From Alphaproteobacteria bacterium (GTDB lineage Bacteria; Pseudomonadota; Alphaproteobacteria; Methylaequorales; Methylaequoraceae), in contig JBJKUQ010000023.1 of NCBI GenBank assembly GCA_045563015.1, forward strand, positions 5,030 through 69,029: a DNA stretch of 64,000 bases, written 5' to 3'. The notes under the pieces were generated by a model that was not told the origin of the DNA, ran no database searches, and worked only from the letters and a program-made list of their open reading frames with translations. Below, piece by piece: positions 29,013-38,773 of the stretch. A program made the position numbers and the translations under genes. Position 1 is the first letter of the stretch, and the number at the start of each line of letters is the position of its first letter.

Positions 29013-29399
29013 ATGAATATGAAAATAAACAAAGTTATTACAGTATTATTATTCTTTTGGTTCTCAACTGTAAATGCTGGTGAAATATTAATAAAGGTAA
29101 TAAATATTGAAGAAAAAGTTGGATTAATACATATTGCACTATATGATGACCCTACTTTATTTCCTGAGGAAGAGGGAAAGAAACTGGGTTTGAAAATAGA
29201 TGTTAAAAAGATTATTAATTCCGGTGTAATCATAAATGATCTTAAAGAATCCAGATATGCCTTGGCAATATTCCACGATAAAAACTCAAATAATAAATTT
29301 GATACTTTCTTTTCAATTCCTAAAGAAAAATATGGTTTTAGTAATGATGCACCTGTCTTTTTTGGTCCCCCAAGTTTTGACGACGCATCATTTTTTTAA
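29013..29399 (+). CDS. DUF2141-family secreted protein
   Basis: Signal peptide, then IHIALYDD...FHDKNSNNKFDT...PKEKYGFSND, the characteristic DUF2141 pattern. Confidence 0.6.
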   Translation: MNMKINKVITVLLFFWFSTVNAGEILIKVINIEEKVGLIHIALYDDPTLFPEEEGKKLGLKIDVKKIINSGVIINDLKESRYALAIFHDKNSNNKFDTFFSIPKEKYGFSNDAPVFFGPPSFDDASFF

Positions 29400-29445
29400 A
29401 AAATGATCAGTTTTTGATAATGGAAATCAATTTGAGATAATCTAG

Positions 29446-30396
29446 ATGAAAAAAGTTTTAGTAACAGGAGGAGCGGGATTTATTGGATCACACATTTGTG
29501 AAAAATTAATTGCTGAGGGTTATTATGTAATATGTTGTGATAACTTTTATACTGGCAGTGAAAAAAATCTTAAGAATATTATTAGTAACAAGAATTTTAA
29601 ATTAATTAATCATGATATAACGTTTCCCATAGAATTAAATGTCGATGAGATCTATAACTTTGCCTGTCCAGCATCACCGGTTCATTACCAAAACGATCCT
29701 GTTAAAACTGTAAAAACATGTGTTCATGGTGCAATTAACATGTTGGGTTTAGCAAAAAAAACAGGGGCTAAGATCATGCAAGCCTCCACATCTGAAATAT
29801 ATGGAGACCCAGAAGTGCATCCACAAAAAGAGGACTATAAAGGCGCAGTAAGTATTAGGGGGCCGAGAGCTTGCTATGATGAGGGTAAGAGGTGTGCAGA
29901 AACTATTTTTTGGGATTATAAAAGACAACATAATATTAATGTCAAAGTTGTAAGAATTTTTAATACATATGGACCACGAATGCAAAAAAATGATGGAAGG
30001 GTTGTTTCAAACTTCATTGTTCAAGCATTATCTAATAAAGATATTACTGTTTATGGTGATGGTAAACAAACTAGATCTTTTTGTTACGTTGATGACCTTG
30101 TAAATGGGATATTTCTTATGATGAAAAAAGAAAATTTTCCAGGGCCAGTAAATTTAGGAAATCCATCAGAGATTAGCATTACAGAATTAGCTAAAGAAAT
30201 AATAAATTTAACATCAAGTGGATCTAAATTAATTAATTATAATCTACCAGAAGATGACCCGAAACAAAGGTGTCCAGATATAACACTTGCAAATGAAAAG
30301 CTTGAATGGCAACCTAAATTTGAAAGAATTGAGGGACTAAAAAAAACTGTGAAATACTTCAAAGAACTAATTGAAAATGAAGAAAAATCAAATTAA
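29446..30396 (+). CDS. UDP-glucuronate decarboxylase (UDP-xylose synthase-type SDR)
   Basis: GGAGFIGSH Rossmann motif, catalytic YDEGKR, and strong UXS-like conservation (RIFNTYGPRM). Confidence 0.88.
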   Translation: MKKVLVTGGAGFIGSHICEKLIAEGYYVICCDNFYTGSEKNLKNIISNKNFKLINHDITFPIELNVDEIYNFACPASPVHYQNDPVKTVKTCVHGAINMLGLAKKTGAKIMQASTSEIYGDPEVHPQKEDYKGAVSIRGPRACYDEGKRCAETIFWDYKRQHNINVKVVRIFNTYGPRMQKNDGRVVSNFIVQALSNKDITVYGDGKQTRSFCYVDDLVNGIFLMMKKENFPGPVNLGNPSEISITELAKEIINLTSSGSKLINYNLPEDDPKQRCPDITLANEKLEWQPKFERIEGLKKTVKYFKELIENEEKSN

Positions 30397-31801
30397 AAAA
30401 TCTATTTTATGTGTTGGAGATATTATTTTAGATTCTTATCAAGATGGAAAGATCGATAGAATTTCGCCTGAGGCTCCAATTCCAGTATTAAAAATCCTTC
30501 GGAAAGATAAAAAGTTTATTGGGGGTAGCGGAAATGTAGCAAGAAACATATCAGCAGCTGGAGAGTCTTGCCATTTAATATCTGTCATAGGGGTGGATGA
30601 AAATGCAATTACACTCAGAAAACTATGTAAGGAAATACCAAACTTGAGCGTTGACTTGATTAAAGATAAAAACAGACCAACAACTTTTAAAAAAAGATTT
30701 GTATCAGGAAGCCAACAAATTTTGAGAGTTGATGAAGAAAAAAATCACTCAATTGATATCAGTATAGAAAAGGAGATAATTAAAAGATTTGAAGCTAAAA
30801 TTTCTGAATTCAAGGTTGTTGTCATCTCAGATTATAACAAGGGAATGCTGACAAAAAGTTTATTAAAAAAAATTATTACTTTTTCAAAAAAAAAAAATAA
30901 GATTGTAATTGTAGATCCAAAAAATGACGACTTCAGTATATATGGGAATGCTAATATCATTACTCCTAATTTAAAAGAACTTCTTAAGGCGACTAGATCA
31001 CATGATTCTCCAACTAATAAAAATATTGAAGTTCTCTCAAAGAGATTAATTAGCAAATATAAAATTGATACAATTATAACAACAAGAAGTGCAGATGGAA
31101 TTTCGATCATTAGCAAAAAAGCAAAAACATTACATCTTCCTTCAAAAGCTAAAGAGGTTTTTGACGTGTCGGGTGCAGGTGATACAGTGGTTTCATATTT
31201 AGCATCAGGAATTCTCAGAGATAAGAGTTTAGGTGAATCGGTTAAATTAGCGAACGAAGCTGCTAGTATAGCAGTGGCTAAGTTTGGCACAGCTACGGTA
31301 AAAAGAATTGAAGTGAATAAGAAAATTTACAAAAGTAAAAAGGTATGTTCATTATCTGAACTTATTGAAGAAATAAAAAATAGTGATCTCAAAAAAGTTG
31401 GGTTTACTAATGGTTGCTTTGACCTTTTACATCAGGGACATCTTGATTATTTAAAACAGTCAAGAGACAAATGTGATTTTTTAATACTTGGACTAAATAG
31501 TGATTTATCGGTAAAAATATTGAAAGGAAAAAAAAGACCAATAATAAAACAAAAAGAAAGAGCAGAGATATTGTCAAATTTTGATTTTATCGACAGAATA
31601 GTGATCTTCAATGAACGCACGCCGATTAATTTAATCAAAAAAATTAAGCCAATTTATTTATTTAAAGGTAGTGATTATAAAAGAGAGCAAGTTGTTGGAA
31701 GTAAAGAGATAAAAAAATGGGGAGGAAAAGTTATATTAATTAATTATTTAAAAGGTAAATCCACATCAAAAATCATTGAAAGAATTCAAAATGGAACTTA
31801 G
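30371..31801 (+). CDS. hldE: bifunctional D-beta-D-heptose 7-phosphate kinase / heptose 1-phosphate adenylyltransferase
   Basis: N-terminal ribokinase-like domain (GAGDT) plus a C-terminal cytidylyltransferase domain (GCFDLLHQGH). 476 aa. Confidence 0.9.
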   Translation: MKMKKNQIKKSILCVGDIILDSYQDGKIDRISPEAPIPVLKILRKDKKFIGGSGNVARNISAAGESCHLISVIGVDENAITLRKLCKEIPNLSVDLIKDKNRPTTFKKRFVSGSQQILRVDEEKNHSIDISIEKEIIKRFEAKISEFKVVVISDYNKGMLTKSLLKKIITFSKKKNKIVIVDPKNDDFSIYGNANIITPNLKELLKATRSHDSPTNKNIEVLSKRLISKYKIDTIITTRSADGISIISKKAKTLHLPSKAKEVFDVSGAGDTVVSYLASGILRDKSLGESVKLANEAASIAVAKFGTATVKRIEVNKKIYKSKKVCSLSELIEEIKNSDLKKVGFTNGCFDLLHQGHLDYLKQSRDKCDFLILGLNSDLSVKILKGKKRPIIKQKERAEILSNFDFIDRIVIFNERTPINLIKKIKPIYLFKGSDYKREQVVGSKEIKKWGGKVILINYLKGKSTSKIIERIQNGT

Positions 31802-32546
31802 TGCTGTTTTATTTGATTTAGATGGAACTGTTGCGGAAACTGAAGATCTTCATAGGAAATCTTTTAATGAATCTTTTAGAGAGTTCAGTCTTGATTGGTT
31901 TTGGGATGAAGCAATTTATAAGGAGTTGATAAATATTGGCGGAGGTAAAGAAAGAATAATGTACCACATAAAAAAAGCTTGGCCTGAAATGTTAAATTAT
32001 AAAAATTTATCTAATTATATTAATTCAATTCATAAAGTGAAAAATGAAATTTATGAAGACTATATAATTGAATCAAAAATTGAAACTAGGACTGGTATTA
32101 TAAGATTAATGAACGAGCTGAAAGAAAAAAATGTAAAAATTGGAATAGTTTCTTCTACGTCTGAGGTTAATTTAATGAATTTGTTTAAAAAAGGTTTAAA
32201 AATTAACCCAACTAAAAAATTTGATTTGATTGCTCATGGAGATTGTACAAAACTTAAGAAACCGTCACCCGAAATTTATGAATGGGCTCTAGAGAAATTA
32301 CAGCTTCCTGCTGAGGGTTGTATTGCAATTGAAGATTCACCTAAGGGACTTGAATCAGCCAAGGGCGCAAGCCTGAAGACTCTTATTACGCCTTCCAATT
32401 TCACTAAGAATGAAAGTTTTAAATTGGCTGATTTGGTTGTTTCTGATCTAGGTGAGGAAAGTAAACCATTTACGAACATTTCAGGCAATGACTTTGGCTT
32501 TAATTATGTAACAGTTGAATTGCTTGAAAAAATAAGTCAAGCTTGA
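31791..32546 (+). CDS. HAD-IA family hydrolase (CbbY-like)
   Basis: Motif I LFDLDGT, motif II VSST, and a late KPSPEIY...EDS. I place the start at MELSAV. Confidence 0.8.
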   Translation: MELSAVLFDLDGTVAETEDLHRKSFNESFREFSLDWFWDEAIYKELINIGGGKERIMYHIKKAWPEMLNYKNLSNYINSIHKVKNEIYEDYIIESKIETRTGIIRLMNELKEKNVKIGIVSSTSEVNLMNLFKKGLKINPTKKFDLIAHGDCTKLKKPSPEIYEWALEKLQLPAEGCIAIEDSPKGLESAKGASLKTLITPSNFTKNESFKLADLVVSDLGEESKPFTNISGNDFGFNYVTVELLEKISQA

Positions 32547-32941
32547 ATTAGTAAATAAACACCAATCATTAATAGAAGCTGGCTTAAAAAGATAATTACA
32601 CTGAAGCTGTGCAGTTTTTTGAACGTTTTATCTTTTTTCATATCAGCTGCATAATTTATTTTTTTCATCAAAAATTTTCCAGAGAAAACATAACCTAGTG
32701 TAATAATTAGAAATATGGAAGATAGAAAAGAATCAATTATGAGAAGAAGTAGAAAAATAATAAAGCTCATAATTCCTGAATAAGAATAAATTTTTGGAAA
32801 GATACTTCTAATAAATAACCGGGAGTTTTTTTTATCAAGGCTTTGGAATGTGTTAGGAGCAACAACTGAAGAAAAGAAAACTAACCCACCCACGAGGAAT
32901 GGAATCAAGAATTTTACAATTAGAATAGTTATATTTTCCAT
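32537..32941 (-). CDS. small 4-TM membrane protein (DUF4149/TMEM205-like)
   Basis: Hydrophobicity pattern and VFFSSVVAPNTFQ...LFIRSIFPKIY resemble DUF4149. Confidence 0.45.
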   Translation of the reverse strand: MENITILIVKFLIPFLVGGLVFFSSVVAPNTFQSLDKKNSRLFIRSIFPKIYSYSGIMSFIIFLLLLIIDSFLSSIFLIITLGYVFSGKFLMKKINYAADMKKDKTFKKLHSFSVIIFLSQLLLMIGVYLLIQA

Positions 32942-32996
32942 AATTTACTTTATTAATTTTATTTAAATATTTTATTACAAATGTTAATTTTAGTTA

Positions 32997-33383
32997 ATGA
33001 ATTTTAAATTTATATTATTAATTCCTTTTCTAGAAATATTTACTTTCATTTTATTTGGGGATTTTTTTGGTTTCTTTCCAGTAATTTTTTTAATTATTTT
33101 TACTGGATTCATAGGATTAATATTAATCAAGTCAAATTTGAATTTAAATAAGCTTGAAGATTTGGTGAAAGAGCCAAATGAGTGGGTTTATAAAAAAATA
33201 GCCGGTATTCTCTTGCTAATTCCAGGTTTTGTGACTGATTTTCTGGGATTAGTAATGCTAATAAAAACTCTAAGAAGATTTGTTTGGAAATTAATAATTT
33301 CAAAATCTGCATATTACGATAAAAACAAAAAAAAAGATGAAGATATAATAGAGGTTGAGTATAAGGATTTGGATGAAAAATGA
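32997..33383 (+). CDS. fxsA: FxsA-family membrane protein
   Basis: LLLIPGFVTDFLGLVMLI motif in a 128-aa protein with TM segments. Confidence 0.75.
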   Translation: MNFKFILLIPFLEIFTFILFGDFFGFFPVIFLIIFTGFIGLILIKSNLNLNKLEDLVKEPNEWVYKKIAGILLLIPGFVTDFLGLVMLIKTLRRFVWKLIISKSAYYDKNKKKDEDIIEVEYKDLDEK

Positions 33384-33654
33384 TTTTACAAATTTTTTTG
33401 GAAAAGTTTCAGGAAGAGTTCAAGGAGTTGGTTATAGAGCATGGACAAAAAAAACTGCTGAATATTATGGACTAAATGGATGGGTTAAAAATTGTCATGA
33501 TGGATCTGTTGAACTAGAGGTGTTTGGAGCAGAAGAAAAGGTAAACAAATTTATAAAGCAATGTTATAAAGGACCAATCTTTAGTAAAGTTGAAAAGATT
33601 GATATATTGAGAAAAAAATACCAAAAATACCATAATTTTGAAATTTTATATTAA
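33373..33654 (+). CDS. acyP: acylphosphatase
   Basis: VSGRVQGVGYRAWT...GLNGWVKNCHDGSVE signature. Confidence 0.88.
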   Translation: MKNDFTNFFGKVSGRVQGVGYRAWTKKTAEYYGLNGWVKNCHDGSVELEVFGAEEKVNKFIKQCYKGPIFSKVEKIDILRKKYQKYHNFEILY

Positions 33655-34232
33655 TGAGATTCTTTTTTTTAAGGCATACATCTTTAAATGTAGATCAGGA
33701 TATTTTTTATGGTCAAACAGATCTAGATGTATCAGAAAAATTCGAATATGAATTGAAAAAAATTAGAATAAAAATTGATAATAATATCCCGAACTTTAAA
33801 AATATTGGTATTTTCTCAAGTCCATTAATTAGATGTAAAAAATTGGCCTCAAGTATTTCAGAAAATATAAATTTTGATGATAGATTAAAAGAGCTTGATT
33901 TAGGAGATTGGGAAATGAAACCTAAAAACCAAATTCCCAAGAAATTTATTGAAGAATGGGAAAACAACATTATGACGTTTCGTATACCAAATGGTGAGAG
34001 TAATAAAAAATTTATAAAAAGATTGAAAAGTTTTATCGATGAAAAGAGAAAATTAGAAAAAGATTTACTCGTTGTTGCCCATGCAGGATCTATAAATGGA
34101 ATGATTTCAATTTTAACTAGCCAACCTTTCGATAAATTGTTAAAAAAATATTGGGAGAAAATCGGGTACGGCTCACTGTCTTTAGTTGAATTTAGAGATT
34201 CTTCATTTAAAATAAAATATGTTGGAAAGTAG
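33654..34232 (+). CDS. histidine phosphatase family protein (phosphoglycerate mutase/CobC-like)
   Basis: N-terminal LRHT catalytic motif and a late VVAHAG motif. Confidence 0.75.
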   Translation: MRFFFLRHTSLNVDQDIFYGQTDLDVSEKFEYELKKIRIKIDNNIPNFKNIGIFSSPLIRCKKLASSISENINFDDRLKELDLGDWEMKPKNQIPKKFIEEWENNIMTFRIPNGESNKKFIKRLKSFIDEKRKLEKDLLVVAHAGSINGMISILTSQPFDKLLKKYWEKIGYGSLSLVEFRDSSFKIKYVGK

Positions 34233-34238
34233 TCAATA

Positions 34239-35846
34239 ATGAAAAGAATCCTTATTCTCGGGGGAGGATTTGGAGGTGTATACTGTGCGAGAACACTACA
34301 AAAGTTTAACCTAAAGTCTTTTGAAATAGAGTTAATAAGCAATAATAACTATTTTATATTTCAACCTTTATTACCGGAGGTAGCATCCGGAACAATATCT
34401 GCAGGTGATGCTGTAACTCCAATAAGACAGATGCTACCAAATGTAAAGTTTAGAAATGCAGAAATAAAAGAGATAAATTATCATAAAAAAAAAGTTGTTG
34501 TTGTCCAAGGCCTTAGAAGAAGAGAACATCATTTAAATTATGATCATTTAATAGTTGCATTGGGACAAGATAGCAATAAAGAAATTATTCCTGGTCTAAA
34601 ACACCATTCATTTACAATGAGAACACTTAAAGATGCCTATAATGTTAGGAATCATTTATTAGGATGTTTAGAGTTAGCTGATGTAACAAGAGACAAAAAC
34701 TTAAAAACAAAACTTTTAAACATTGTTGTTATAGGTGGAGGATTTTCAGGTGTAGAGACCATCGGTGAATTAAAAGAAATGTCTGATAGGTTACTTCCCT
34801 ATTATAAAAATATAACAAAGGAAGAAATTAAATTTTATATTGTTGAGTATTCTGAAAGACTATTACCAGAGTTAAATGACCATATTAGTCAATATACTCA
34901 CAAAATATTCAAAAAAAGAAATATAAAAATTTATTTGAAGACTAGTTTGGAGGATGTCTCCTCAAATAAAGCTTACCTTAGTAATGGAAAATCAATAGAG
35001 ACTAATACAATTATTTCAACGATTGGATCAACAGTATCTAAAGTAATAAAAAGCTCAGGGTTACCTCTAAAAAATGGTAAAATAATAACAAATGAATTTT
35101 TAGAGGTTTGTAATTTTGATAATATTTGGGCCTTAGGAGATGCAGCGTTAGTTCCCAATGGACAAGAAGGTTTGGTATACTCTCCACCCACAGCTCAATT
35201 TGCTGTTAGGCAGGCAAAATTTCTGTCTAAAAATATTTTTTTTAAGATTCATAATCAAAAATTAAAAAAATTTGAATATAAATCAAAAGGAGCTCTTGCA
35301 TCTTTGGGTTCAAAAAAAGGGGTAGGAAGGGTATATTTTTTTAATGTTAAAGGTTTGTTAGCATGGATAATTTGGCGAACATTTTATCTATCATTTATTC
35401 CTTCTTTTCCTACGAAGGTAAGAGTTTTTTTCAATTGGATTTTAGAATTTTTTATTCCTAGAAATGCTGTTTTAACAGAACCTCATGTTAAAAACTCAGT
35501 TTCATATTTAGTATTTAAAAAAGGAGATATTGTTTTTGAAGAAGGCATGATAGCAGATGGTTTTTATATAGTTAAAGAAGGAGAGTTCGAGAATACTTAT
35601 AAAAGGACAAAAAATAGAAAGATATTTAAGAAAAAATATAAAAAAGGTTCTCACTTTGGGTCTAGAGTTTTGTTAGAAGGTGGAAGAAGAACTGGAACAA
35701 TTAGAGCAAAAACTGACTCACTTGTCCTAAGAATTGATACAAGTAGTTTTAAGTTATTAACAGAAAACTTGCCTGTGTTAAGAGATTATTTTGGTGAGTA
35801 TTTGCCAAGAACATTCAAAAAATTAAACTTAGAGGACAATAATTAA
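34239..35846 (+). CDS. type II NADH dehydrogenase (NDH-2 family) fused to a C-terminal cyclic-nucleotide-binding-like domain
   Basis: Two Rossmann motifs (ILGGGFGG, VIGGGFSGVE) and GDAA. The last 120 aa or so (from about nt 35466) show a CAP/cNMP-fold pattern: FKKGDIVFEEG...FYIVKEGEF...HFGSRVLLEGGRRTGTIRA. Confidence 0.75.
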   Translation: MKRILILGGGFGGVYCARTLQKFNLKSFEIELISNNNYFIFQPLLPEVASGTISAGDAVTPIRQMLPNVKFRNAEIKEINYHKKKVVVVQGLRRREHHLNYDHLIVALGQDSNKEIIPGLKHHSFTMRTLKDAYNVRNHLLGCLELADVTRDKNLKTKLLNIVVIGGGFSGVETIGELKEMSDRLLPYYKNITKEEIKFYIVEYSERLLPELNDHISQYTHKIFKKRNIKIYLKTSLEDVSSNKAYLSNGKSIETNTIISTIGSTVSKVIKSSGLPLKNGKIITNEFLEVCNFDNIWALGDAALVPNGQEGLVYSPPTAQFAVRQAKFLSKNIFFKIHNQKLKKFEYKSKGALASLGSKKGVGRVYFFNVKGLLAWIIWRTFYLSFIPSFPTKVRVFFNWILEFFIPRNAVLTEPHVKNSVSYLVFKKGDIVFEEGMIADGFYIVKEGEFENTYKRTKNRKIFKKKYKKGSHFGSRVLLEGGRRTGTIRAKTDSLVLRIDTSSFKLLTENLPVLRDYFGEYLPRTFKKLNLEDNN

Positions 35847-36556
35847 TGTTTAATTTCTTTAAAAGAAAAGATAATTTTTATGAAATTGATGGTGTAAGAA
35901 TTAATAGATCCCAAAAAAGGCTTAAGACAATTTCCTTACAAGTAAAAAATGGAATAGCCGTGATAAATTGTCCTTTATTTGTCTCTGATAATTATTTAAG
36001 AACATTAATTAATAAAAAAAAGGCATGGATAAAAATAAAAATAACTAAAAACAAAATAACTAAAAATAAAGAAATAGTATTTAAAGATGGTTCATATTTC
36101 CCTGTTTTTGGAAATAATTTCAAAATAAAAATGATTCACTCAAATTGTGAAATTATAAAAATAAAGAGGAATACTATTAATGTTTTATATGAATCAGAAA
36201 ATAGGATAAAGATTCTATTCGTCTGTTGGCTAAAAGAAAAAGCCAATAGTTATTTATCTCAAAGAACAGAAATTATTTCTAAAAAATTGAAAATTGATTA
36301 CAAAGCTATTTATGTAAAAAGTTATAAGGCTAGGTGGGGGTGTTGTAATAATAAGTCAGAAATTTTTTTAAATTGGAAATTAATTTTACTTCCAAAGCAT
36401 ATTATAGATTATGTGATAATTCATGAATTATCTCATGTAATTGTACCTAATCATTCGAAATTATTCTGGACATTAGTAGAAAAAAATGATGCAAGTTTTA
36501 GAGTTAAAAAAAGTTGGTTAAAAGAAAAAGGACATGAGATTATAAAGTTTAATTAA
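35846..36556 (+). CDS. M48-like metal-dependent hydrolase (YgjP/DUF45 family)
   Basis: HELSHVIVPNHSKLFW zinc motif near the C-terminus. 236 aa. Confidence 0.7.
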   Translation: MFNFFKRKDNFYEIDGVRINRSQKRLKTISLQVKNGIAVINCPLFVSDNYLRTLINKKKAWIKIKITKNKITKNKEIVFKDGSYFPVFGNNFKIKMIHSNCEIIKIKRNTINVLYESENRIKILFVCWLKEKANSYLSQRTEIISKKLKIDYKAIYVKSYKARWGCCNNKSEIFLNWKLILLPKHIIDYVIIHELSHVIVPNHSKLFWTLVEKNDASFRVKKSWLKEKGHEIIKFN

Positions 36557-36559
36557 ATA

Positions 36560-36778
36560 TTAATTTTTAAGATTTTCTTGTTCACGTTGGATTAATTTTT
36601 TTGCTTTATGTGCTGCATTTTTTTCTACCAGAATTCTTATCGGTATAGCAGAGATATTTCCTTCAACCATAGACATAGATTCATCTAAAATAAAAAAAGT
36701 AATTTTATGTGATTCCAGAATATGTTTAACCCAACTTATTTCAACAATATTGTTACTTTTAAAAATTAATTTCATCAT
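36560..36778 (-). CDS. DUF2007-like small protein
   Basis: 72 aa. The pattern (hydrophobic beta strand, L.ES.I, ILD) resembles the putative signal-transducing DUF2007 fold. Confidence 0.4.
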   Translation of the reverse strand: MMKLIFKSNNIVEISWVKHILESHKITFFILDESMSMVEGNISAIPIRILVEKNAAHKAKKLIQREQENLKN

Positions 36779-36800
36779 ATGTATTACATTATTAAGATTT

Positions 36801-36877
36801 TGGTGCGCCCGAAAGGATTCGAACCCTTAACCTTTTGAGCCGAAATCAAATGCTCTATCCAGTTGAGCTACGGGCGC
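36801..36877 (-). tRNA. tRNA-Arg (anticodon UCG), CCA encoded
   Basis: Reverse complement folds by hand into a cloverleaf. Acceptor GCGCCCG/CGGGCGC, D arm GCTC/GAGC, anticodon stem TTTGA/TCAAA with loop TTTCGGC, T arm AAGGG-TTCGAAT-CCTTT, and a terminal ACCA. Confidence 0.85.
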
Positions 36878-36889
36878 GTTTAGAAACTT

Positions 36890-38209
36890 TTAATTTTCTA
36901 TACCATGAGAAAGTTTATTAAGTTTACTTTTCATTATTATTATTATAATTCCAACTAATAAACAAATAATTGTTATACCTAAAAAAATACTTTTTTCTCC
37001 AAATCTCTCGGAATACTGACCAATTAAACCTGCAAGTTTATTACCTAGACCTATGGCAGCAAAATATATCCCCATTATGCTTGCAATCATCTTTTGGGGA
37101 GATAATTTAGTTATGTATGAGAGTATTGTTGGCGAAGCGCATAATTCACCAACCGTGTGGAATAGATATGCTAGATATAACCAGTGCATTGACGATTTAC
37201 CAAAAACATTTGCTTCGTTGGATGCAAAAGTCATAAAAACGAAACCAAGTCCCATTATGATTAATCCAAGTGCTATCTTTAATATTGAAGAACAAATAAT
37301 ACCCCTTTTTTTTAGATAAATCCAAAACTCTGAAATTGAATAACCAAGTATTATTATTAATAAAGGATTTACTGATTGGAACCAGCTAGCAGGTATTTCA
37401 AAATCAATGAAACCTATGTATCTATTTGTTTTTTCATAAGCATAGATATTCATTAACCCACCTGCTTGTTCAAATGAAGCCCAAAATATAATTAATATTA
37501 AAGATGCTATAATAATTAATTTGATTCTATCAATTTCTTTATAGGAAAATTTGAGTGTACTTTTGATTGGTTTTATTCTTTTATATGAGATATTTGAATA
37601 AAGCTCTAAATTTCTCTTACCTTTAATAAAGAAGAATTGACCAATAATCATTCCAATTCCCGCCAAGGAAAAACCAAAGTGCCATCCAAACACTTCACCA
37701 ACAAAACCAACTAAGATACTTGCTAAAAAAGCACCAACGTTTATTCCTATATAAAATATTGTAAAACCTTGATCACGTTTTTCGTCATCTTTTTTATATA
37801 AACTTCCAACAAGAGTAGATATATTTGGTTTTAATAAACCTACGCCAAGAATTATTAAGCTTAAACCCAGGAAAAAAAAAAATTCTTGCCTAATCGCTAA
37901 TGATAAATGACCTATACACAATAAAAACCCTCCTAATAATATAGAGTTTTCTCTAGAAATAAATTTATCTCCAATTATTCCTCCAGGAATACAAGAAATA
38001 TAAACTAAAGCTGTATACCATCCGTACAAGGTTAATGCTTCACTATTTGACCAACCAAGACCAGGGTTACTTTTATCGACGTCTGAAACTAAATAGAGAA
38101 CCAGGATTGCTCGCATTCCATAATAACTAAAACGTTCCCAAAGCTCAGTAAAAAAAAGTGTAGCTAAACCATGAGGATGATTTTTAATTTCTTTGAATAA
38201 AAAAATCAT
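36890..38209 (-). CDS. POT/PTR2-family proton-dependent oligopeptide transporter
   Basis: ELWERFSYYGMRAILVLYL PTR2 signature. Multi-TM, 439 aa. Confidence 0.88.
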   Translation of the reverse strand: MIFLFKEIKNHPHGLATLFFTELWERFSYYGMRAILVLYLVSDVDKSNPGLGWSNSEALTLYGWYTALVYISCIPGGIIGDKFISRENSILLGGFLLCIGHLSLAIRQEFFFFLGLSLIILGVGLLKPNISTLVGSLYKKDDEKRDQGFTIFYIGINVGAFLASILVGFVGEVFGWHFGFSLAGIGMIIGQFFFIKGKRNLELYSNISYKRIKPIKSTLKFSYKEIDRIKLIIIASLILIIFWASFEQAGGLMNIYAYEKTNRYIGFIDFEIPASWFQSVNPLLIIILGYSISEFWIYLKKRGIICSSILKIALGLIIMGLGFVFMTFASNEANVFGKSSMHWLYLAYLFHTVGELCASPTILSYITKLSPQKMIASIMGIYFAAIGLGNKLAGLIGQYSERFGEKSIFLGITIICLLVGIIIIIMKSKLNKLSHGIEN

Positions 38210-38211
38210 TT

Positions 38212-38643
38212 TTAAAATCTTTTTTTCTTATCAAGATTTTCTAAATCTTGAATATGCATTTTTAATGCTTTGCTACTTAGATGTATTTCAAATAAAAAAA
38301 CTATGATAGCAATTGAAAAGAAAAACAAAGCTATTTTAAAAATTAAAAGTGAAGATTTTAAATCATATATTCCAATAAGAATTGTTAGGAGATTAAAAAA
38401 AAAGGATAATGCTGAAAAAATTTGCATTAGTTTAACATAGAAAAGTCTTTTGTTTAAAATTTGTATTTGTGCAAAATATCTAGTGGCAGATTTATCATTT
38501 ATAGAAATTTTTTTATTAATAAATTCATCATAAATTTTTCTAATTAATCTACTCAAGGAGGTATATCTATTTCCAAAAGATATCATCATCAATGGAATTG
38601 CAGGGAATAAAAATGCAGCATACGTTAATTTGAAGTTATACAT
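38212..38643 (-). CDS. DUF2721-like membrane protein
   Basis: 143 aa with TM-helix-TM-TM topology. The N-terminus resembles DUF2721. Confidence 0.45.
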   Translation of the reverse strand: MYNFKLTYAAFLFPAIPLMMISFGNRYTSLSRLIRKIYDEFINKKISINDKSATRYFAQIQILNKRLFYVKLMQIFSALSFFFNLLTILIGIYDLKSSLLIFKIALFFFSIAIIVFLFEIHLSSKALKMHIQDLENLDKKKRF

Positions 38644-38773
38644 AATCAGAATTATATCACATTAAAACTATCAGGATAATTGGATTTCTAGTGAAAGGAA
38701 AAAAAAATTAAATCATTTGGCACACAAATTGCTTATTCATAATAGGTTTTTGATTAGTGTCAAAAATTTGAAA

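Noticed and set aside
33713-34342. 209-aa minus-strand ORF covering the whole histidine-phosphatase gene and the start of the NDH-2 gene
   Set aside because: It is antisense to two ORFs with clear family motifs, and its translation is low-complexity (F/I/L/S/N rich) with no recognisable motif. Long shadow ORFs are expected in AT-rich DNA because stop codons on the opposite strand are depleted in lysine- and asparagine-rich coding regions.
36040-36075. Tandem 15-nt direct repeat (aaaataactaaaaac-like, encoding KITKNKITKNK) inside the DUF45/M48-like gene
   Set aside because: There are only two copies, in frame, within a low-complexity lysine-rich linker. This is most simply a slipped-strand duplication. 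It is not a CRISPR-like or regulatory repeat.
36779-36900. tRNA-Arg as a possible integration hotspot or genomic-island boundary
   Set aside because: There is no integrase, no direct repeat of the tRNA 3' end and no atypical gene block on either side. Both neighbours are ordinary small chromosomal genes separated by 12-22 nt.
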